A stretch of DNA of 64,000 nt from Candidatus Binatia bacterium (GTDB lineage Bacteria > Desulfobacterota > Binatia > Bin18). Both the position numbers and the translations under genes were made by a program. The stretch is taken from the NCBI GenBank assembly GCA_963666315.2, contig CAXXHG010000043.1, positions 576,001 to 640,000 on the forward strand, in the 5' to 3' direction. This document shows positions 58,638 to 64,000 of this stretch, piece after piece; within the stretch, counting starts at the first letter, position 1; every line of letters starts with the position of its first letter. The notes below the pieces were generated by a model. It did no database searches and was not told the origin of the DNA. It saw nothing but the letters and a program-made list of their open reading frames with translations.

Positions 58638-59966
58638 CTAGGCCGAGTGCGTGTGTTGGGTCGGTCGTAGAATGTGGGCAAGGTCTTGGGCTAGGCGTGA
58701 CGCTTCTTTTGGGGTGAGTGTTGAGATATTGATCCGTACTGCTGGGGGGCTACTCAGCCGATAGCGCTCGCCCGCGCGGACCGCCCAGCCCTGGATTGCC
58801 AAACCGGTCACAACGCTGACTTCCTCACGAACAGGAACCCAGACGTTCATGCCTGACCGACCATAGGCGGGAATGCCGTGATTGTCTAAAGCGGAGAGCA
58901 GGGCCGTTCTCCGCCGTGTGTAGGTGTCTGCCGCTGTTTGGAGCTGCTGCGCCGTGCGCGCAGTGGTCCACAGGAGCTCAACACACTGCTGCAGAATATG
59001 GCTGACCCAACCCGCGCCTAATCGTTGGCGCCCCTCGATGCGGGCTATGGTCGTGGCATCTCCCGTAACCAGAGCCAAGCGCAGGTCGGGCCCCAGTGAC
59101 TTTGAGACTGAGCGTACGACTGCCCAGCGTTCCTTTTTCGCATAGCAGACGGTATGGGCTGAAACGCCGGCCACCGGGCCGGCGTGATCGTCTTCGATAA
59201 CCAGGACGGTTGCATATGCGTCAAGGACTTTGCGCAGGGCTTTGGCCCGTTGCGCATCCACGGCCGCGCCCATGGGATTCTGGGCGCGCGGCGTAAAAAT
59301 ACAGGCGTGCACTCCATTTGCGAGAACATGCGCTAGTGCAGCCGGGAGAAGACCACACTCATCAATGGTTACCGGGATGACTACAAGGCCGAGCGCCCCA
59401 ACCAGATCAAAGATTTCATTAAAGCCGGGGTCTTCTACGGCGACGCGATCGCCGGGACGGAGATGGGCTTGAAGAATCCGTTCAATCGCGTCTAACGCAC
59501 CGCCCATCAGAGCGAGATGTGTTGCCGGAATGTGATCGCTTGCGAACTGTTTTGCCGCAAGCGTGAGCAGAGACGGACGGTTGGGCGGACCACTATACAG
59601 GACGGGCTGGCCGTCGAGTCGCTGAAAAACACTCTTGAGCCGAGGCAAGAGTACCGGATCTGGATTGCCTTCGGCAAGATTGTGTAAGTGTGGGGCAATC
59701 TGGTCGCTCGGTCGGATCGGCAAAGGCGGCCGCCGGCTGACCTTGGTGCCGTTGCGCCCTTGAGCGCTCAGAATCCCACGGGCTTGCAGACTCTTATAGG
59801 CTGAAGCCACAGTGGCTGGACTGACACCCAAAAAAATCGCCAGTGTACGGACCGGCGGCAGGGCGGCCCCACCCGGAATCCGAGTCGCCACAATATGCTT
59901 CTCAATGCTGGCTGTGATTTCGCTTGCGTTTGCTCCTACAATGGAATATTGTACTGCTACTTTCAT
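58638..59966 (-). CDS. MocR/GntR-family PLP-dependent transcription regulator
   Basis: LPPVR.LA..LGVSPATVA.AY..L (wHTH); GNPD, VEDPG, IEDDH, SVSKSLGPDLR. Confidence 0.9.
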   Translation of the reverse strand: MKVAVQYSIVGANASEITASIEKHIVATRIPGGAALPPVRTLAIFLGVSPATVASAYKSLQARGILSAQGRNGTKVSRRPPLPIRPSDQIAPHLHNLAEGNPDPVLLPRLKSVFQRLDGQPVLYSGPPNRPSLLTLAAKQFASDHIPATHLALMGGALDAIERILQAHLRPGDRVAVEDPGFNEIFDLVGALGLVVIPVTIDECGLLPAALAHVLANGVHACIFTPRAQNPMGAAVDAQRAKALRKVLDAYATVLVIEDDHAGPVAGVSAHTVCYAKKERWAVVRSVSKSLGPDLRLALVTGDATTIARIEGRQRLGAGWVSHILQQCVELLWTTARTAQQLQTAADTYTRRRTALLSALDNHGIPAYGRSGMNVWVPVREEVSVVTGLAIQGWAVRAGERYRLSSPPAVRINISTLTPKEASRLAQDLAHILRPTQHTHSA

Positions 59967-59969
59967 TTA

Positions 59970-59985
59970 TTTGTAATATTACAAA
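59970..59985. promoter_or_regulatory. Perfect 16-bp palindrome, likely MocR operator
   Basis: TTTGTAATATTACAAA in the 30-bp gap between divergent ATGs at 59966 and 59997. Confidence 0.7.
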
Positions 59986-59996
59986 AAGAAAGGTGT

Positions 59997-60659
59997 ATGT
60001 CAATGCAGGATTTTGAACGAACCGAGCAGACCCGATTGCACCGTATGCCGGAACGCGGGTCGTACGACCGCAAACTTGTCAGTGCCATATTGGCTGAGGG
60101 CCTGTATTGCCACGTCGCCTTTAGCGTAGATGGGCAGCCGTATGTCATTCCGACTATCTACGCGCAGATCGATGATCGCCTCTATATCCATGGCTCAGCG
60201 GCGAGCCGTATGTTGCGCTCCATTGGTGAGGATTTCCAGGTGTGTGTCACCGTGACGCTGCTGGATGGCCTGGTTCTGGCTCGCTCTGCGTTTCATCACT
60301 CCATGAATTATCGTTCTGTCGTCATTCTCGGTCGGGCAAAAGAAGTGACTGATCTGGACGAAAAAAATACAGCGCTTAGAGCCATTGTCGATCACGTTAT
60401 GCCTGAGCGCTGGGACGACGTGCGTGGACCGTCAGCGCAAGAGCTCAGAGCAACGAGTGTAATCCGGGTGCCGTTAGTCGAAGTGTCAGCTAAGATTCGG
60501 ACTGGTCCGCCGGCAGACGCGGACGGGGACTATCAGCTCGACTGCTGGGCGGGCGAAATTCCGCTGCAATTGACACCGCAGACTCCAGTAGCTGATCCTC
60601 AACTCCGTGCGGATATTGCGCTACCTCTGTATGTCCAGGCTTACCAGCGACCCCATTAG
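59997..60659 (+). CDS. Flavin-binding pyridoxamine 5'-phosphate oxidase/NimA-like protein
   Basis: PYVIPT, LYIHGS..SRM, DGLVLARSAFHHSMNYRSV, SAKIRTGPP. Confidence 0.88.
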   Translation: MSMQDFERTEQTRLHRMPERGSYDRKLVSAILAEGLYCHVAFSVDGQPYVIPTIYAQIDDRLYIHGSAASRMLRSIGEDFQVCVTVTLLDGLVLARSAFHHSMNYRSVVILGRAKEVTDLDEKNTALRAIVDHVMPERWDDVRGPSAQELRATSVIRVPLVEVSAKIRTGPPADADGDYQLDCWAGEIPLQLTPQTPVADPQLRADIALPLYVQAYQRPH

Positions 60660-60676
60660 TCCTGTGTAGGAATGCG

Positions 60677-61180
60677 ATGGACCACCGTATCCGACTTGTC
60701 ACCACAGAAGATGAATCCTTCTTGTGGGAAATGCTCTACTATTCCGCTCATATAGACGAAGGTGCAGAACCTCTAGAGTCGGCCAAGACTAACCCTGACC
60801 TTGCACCATACGTGACGAATTGGGGTAGGACGGGGGATGTTGGTGTGGTTGCTCTGGATTCGAAGACTCAGGCGAAGGTTGGAGCGGCGTGGGTGAGACG
60901 CATGCCTCACACCTTCGCAGTGTATGACTATGTTGATCCGCGTCTGCCCGAACTCGCAATCGCCGTCCGGCCCGAGTCGCTTGGATCTGGGATTGATTCT
61001 GCCCTGTTAACGCGACTCCTAGAGGAAGCGCACAACGTTCATCCCGGCATGGTGCTCAGCGTGCAAGCGAATAATCCGGCTAAGCGGCTGTATGAACGGC
61101 TGGGATTTGTCGTGGTCGCACAGATTACAAATCGAGTCGGTGGTAAGTCGGCTGTGATGAAGACTGATTTTACAGCCTGA
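60677..61180 (+). CDS. GNAT acetyltransferase
   Basis: PELAIAV.PE..GSGI..ALL, LSV..NNPAKRLYERLGF. Confidence 0.8.
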   Translation: MDHRIRLVTTEDESFLWEMLYYSAHIDEGAEPLESAKTNPDLAPYVTNWGRTGDVGVVALDSKTQAKVGAAWVRRMPHTFAVYDYVDPRLPELAIAVRPESLGSGIDSALLTRLLEEAHNVHPGMVLSVQANNPAKRLYERLGFVVVAQITNRVGGKSAVMKTDFTA

Positions 61181-61183
61181 TTG

Positions 61184-61966
61184 CTACCTCACCGTGCTAA
61201 ATGTTCGTTCGGACCTACGAATCGCCGAAAAGCACCGGCGAAGCTGTCTATAGACTGGGAGTGCATGGCGAAGGAGAGCAGCAGGCTTGAGAGATGAATG
61301 GCCGCCACGTCGATTGCGGAAGCGGATGTCTACCCAATCAATTCCGTCATAGTGCTCTTGCAGCGTGGCTAAAAAGACATTGCTGAGAGACACATCATCT
61401 GGGATAAGGGCAAGACGCTGTGCGACGCTGGATGCGTGCATGAGACGGTATGGGACGTTTGCGTCTCGTACCCAGGTGCCCGTTGCAGCATAGACAAACC
61501 AAGTCAGGGCTCGTGAGATCAGCAAGCGTTTGAGGCCGTCGTCGCGCTTGTATCGAAAACCGTACACGGGCCTTTTTTTGTTCCGTCTGGCCCATAGGCT
61601 GGGAAAGTAATGCGAATCACACTGGCCGTCAGAGTCGATCTGGAAGATCCACTCCGCATTCCGAGAGACCGCAGTGTGGTACCCCAGCACACACGAGTGC
61701 CCGTGACCGGAGTTCGACTGGTCCACTATTTCGAGCTCAGGAAAATCTGCAGACAGATCGGTGAGAATGCGGAGACTCGAATCGGTCGACCCGTCATTAA
61801 TGGCACACAGGACGAAATTCCCACAGGCCGCTCTGAGAACGGGAACCCATTCCTTGATGACGTGTCGCAGGGCAGTCTGTTCGTTGTATACAGGTAAGAC
61901 AACGAACAGAGCAGGCGATTGTGCGGATGATTGCCCAGACGATTGCGATGGCTGCTCCAGTCCTAT
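61184..61966 (-). CDS. GT2 glycosyltransferase; non-canonical (ATA/CTG) or lost start
   Basis: The frame is open upstream of the listed ORF: VVLPVYNE...INDGSTD...NSGHG...QIDSDGQ...DANVPYRL; no ATG/GTG/TTG before PVYNE. Confidence 0.7.
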   Translation of the reverse strand: MGLEQPSQSSGQSSAQSPALFVVLPVYNEQTALRHVIKEWVPVLRAACGNFVLCAINDGSTDSSLRILTDLSADFPELEIVDQSNSGHGHSCVLGYHTAVSRNAEWIFQIDSDGQCDSHYFPSLWARRNKKRPVYGFRYKRDDGLKRLLISRALTWFVYAATGTWVRDANVPYRLMHASSVAQRLALIPDDVSLSNVFLATLQEHYDGIDWVDIRFRNRRGGHSSLKPAALLRHALPVYRQLRRCFSAIRRSERTFSTVR

Positions 61967-61975
61967 GCTCCAGTA

Positions 61976-63112
61976 TTATGCTTTTGCACTACGCTTGAGC
62001 GCATCGGCTTGGATGCGCTCAAAGGTCTGGAGCGCCCTCTCCATGGCTTGGTCGGAATTAATATAGGTATACTGCGCCAGACGGCCACAAAAATAGACGT
62101 GATTTTCTCTCGTTTCTCGTTGCGCGAGTTCTTCATACGAGCGGTATAAGCGCTCAGTGTCGGTCGCTGGGATCGGATACAAAGGGGGACCATCCGCACC
62201 TGGATATTCATAGGCAACGACCGTCCCTGGGTGTTGTTGCTGGGTAATGTGTTTGATCTCGGTGGTGCGGGTATAGGTGTACTGGTTAGGATAGTTGATT
62301 TGGACGCAGGGTTGTCTGTGTTCTTGCGCAAAATATTGAAACTCAAATGTGGCAGAGCGCCAGGGCAGCTTCCCTAAACGGTAGTCAAAATACGCGTCCA
62401 CCGGACCGGAAAATACGGTTGCCTTTCGTGGGCTGATTGTTTTTACTACGTCTTTATAGTTGGTGTTGAACCGGACCTCGATATTCGGATGGTTCAGCAT
62501 GGCGGCAAACATAGCAGTAAACCCGAGTGCGGGGGTTTTTTGAAAAGCGTGGTCAACATAGCGTTCGTCTCTATTGAAACGAATCGGAATTCGTCCAACC
62601 ACGCTTGGGTGTAAATCGCGCGGATGTTTGTCCCAAGCCTTGAGCGTATAGCCTCGATAAAACGTTTCGTATAGCTCCCGTCCGACACGCGACAAGACGT
62701 ATTCTTCCGCATTTTGCGGGTCGTCGATTTTCACACGCAGATCATCAATGAACTGTTTTGCTGATGAAGGGCTAAAGGAGCGATTGAAGAACATTTCGAG
62801 TGTTGTGAGGTTGATCGGGAAGGGGTAGAGGCGTCCGTTCACACAGCTTTTTACGATGTAGTCGCTGTCTGTCCAGTCAGTAAACTGAGAGAGATACTCG
62901 ACCAGGGCAAGGTTATTTGTCCGAAAATAATGCGGCCCATTGTGGTGTATCAGTACGCCACTATCATGCGGTCCGTCATAACACATGCCTGCAATATGGC
63001 TGCGTTGTTCAACCAGCAGGACGCGCCAACCGAGCTGACGGGAGGCGCGCTCAGCGATGACGCAGCCGACCGGGCCGGCTCCGGCTATGAGGAGGTCGCA
63101 CTCCAGGGACAT
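61976..63112 (-). CDS. glf: UDP-galactopyranose mutase
   Basis: IAGAGPVG, HIAGMCYD, GPHYFRT, YTLKAW, RIP, INYP, TEIKH, GRLAQYTY..SDQ. Confidence 0.9.
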   Translation of the reverse strand: MSLECDLLIAGAGPVGCVIAERASRQLGWRVLLVEQRSHIAGMCYDGPHDSGVLIHHNGPHYFRTNNLALVEYLSQFTDWTDSDYIVKSCVNGRLYPFPINLTTLEMFFNRSFSPSSAKQFIDDLRVKIDDPQNAEEYVLSRVGRELYETFYRGYTLKAWDKHPRDLHPSVVGRIPIRFNRDERYVDHAFQKTPALGFTAMFAAMLNHPNIEVRFNTNYKDVVKTISPRKATVFSGPVDAYFDYRLGKLPWRSATFEFQYFAQEHRQPCVQINYPNQYTYTRTTEIKHITQQQHPGTVVAYEYPGADGPPLYPIPATDTERLYRSYEELAQRETRENHVYFCGRLAQYTYINSDQAMERALQTFERIQADALKRSAKA

Positions 63113-63261
63113 GTGTTTTCTGCCCTTGTGGGGTGAGTTGATGCGCGTGGCATCCAGCTTGATAGGCAATTTGACATGAAGAGGAGTATAGGCTTCTTCG
63201 GAGTGTTTCGTCAATGAACGCGGTCCTGGCCTCCCTTCTTGGACGTTTTGTTTTTTTAGGG

Positions 63262-63468
63262 CTAGATCAGCTTTAATGCCTCTTGCGTCAAACGTTTCAG
63301 CGCTCTGTCCAGCAAGCGTTCGAGCTCCCTGACCTCTTTGATGTCAAGGTCAACTTCTCGAAAGATCTCTTGTCCTGTTAGGGAGTGTGACTGCACGTGC
63401 AGCCTTGCTCCTAAGAGGGTGTCCTCCGGCGCTTGTGCGTATCGCAAATCAATCTGCTGCACTCGCAT
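63262..63468 (-). CDS. Small hypothetical protein
   Basis: SD AGGAG before ATG 63468; 68-aa ORF with a helical C-terminus. Confidence 0.45.
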   Translation of the reverse strand: MRVQQIDLRYAQAPEDTLLGARLHVQSHSLTGQEIFREVDLDIKEVRELERLLDRALKRLTQEALKLI

Positions 63469-63557
63469 ATTGGTGTCTCCTAAGTAAGCGTGGGAAGGAT
63501 CATGGATATCTATCATAGCTGGTGCAATCTGCACGGGCCTCTGCTAACTGACTGTGA

Positions 63558-64000
63558 CTACTTCTGTTTTTTAGCCCCCGCTTTCAGCAGCGGGGCAGTG
63601 TTGGGAAAAACGGTGCCGTCGACGAAGCGACCTGTAAGGTCGCTCAAATAATACGCATCCGGGGTAAATTCAAACAGGATTTTCAAGCGCTCTTCGGAAC
63701 TCTTGAGCGCGGCCTCGACCTGCTTGTGTTCGGTGATGTCCTGCACGGCCCCGTAGATGCGCACGGCCCGGCCCTCAGTCTCATCCCACTCCGGACGCAT
63801 ATAATGGCGCAGCCAGCGCACCTCGCCCTTTTTGGTTCTGACGCGAAATTCCCGTGTGTCCGGCCGATTCGTTAACACGGTCTGAAACTGCTCGTTGCAT
63901 ACAGGAAGATCCTCCGAGACCAGAATGCTATGCCAGCCGAGTCGGTTGAGGTCTTCCACGGTGTAGCCGATGACGCGGCTCAAGGCGTCTGTCGCCCATT
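63558..64000 (-). pseudogene. PAS/PAC sensor fragment, entering from the window edge and truncated inside a second PAS domain
   Basis: EFRVRTKKGEVRW...GAVQDITEHKQ.E.ALKSSEERL..LFE..PDAYY..D..G.F, then unrelated tail. Confidence 0.6.

Noticed and set aside
1-64000. CRISPR array, tRNA/rRNA, IS or prophage
   Set aside because: No regularly spaced repeat-spacer units, recognisable structural RNA, transposase, integrase or phage genes were seen by eye. Small RNAs could be missed.

Overview
Bacterial chromosome window of moderately high GC. LLM/PPOX F420-type oxidoreductases, UGA selenoproteins and a MoeA-PBP fusion suggest a Binatia/Tectomicrobia-like 'deltaproteobacterial' lineage; this is inference only. 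(1) 1-20.3 kb: a large sphingolipid locus with serine palmitoyltransferase, GNAT ceramide synthase, CerR-like reductase, a frameshifted desaturase/hydroxylase and CpgA/B/C/D-like ceramide-phosphoglycerate enzymes. It is extended by a second CDP-alcohol phosphotransferase, a three-domain GT8-like/methyltransferase-like/ELM1 protein, GpmA, an AsnB-type amidotransferase and a possible Svf1/AttH-like lipid carrier. This is the best candidate for an undescribed system, a new ceramide head-group pathway. (2) 20.3-22.0 kb: two divergent genes split by in-frame UGA codons at Cys positions with SECIS-like hairpins (AhpD-like CxxU; DUF3179 UxxT). (3) 22-33 kb: a decaying accessory region with many pseudogenes, mostly signalling. 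(4) 33.4-43.8 kb: an intact pentose-phosphate operon (tal-pgi, tkt, rpiA, gnd, zwf, glk, pgl). (5) 43.7-56.3 kb: membrane GT-C glycosylation genes, moeA pair and nitrilase. (6) 56.6-64 kb: crotonase, PhzF, MocR regulator with a palindromic operator, GNAT, GT2, glf and a PAS fragment. No rRNA, tRNA, CRISPR array or transposase was recognised. All family calls come from reading motifs by eye, not from database searches.
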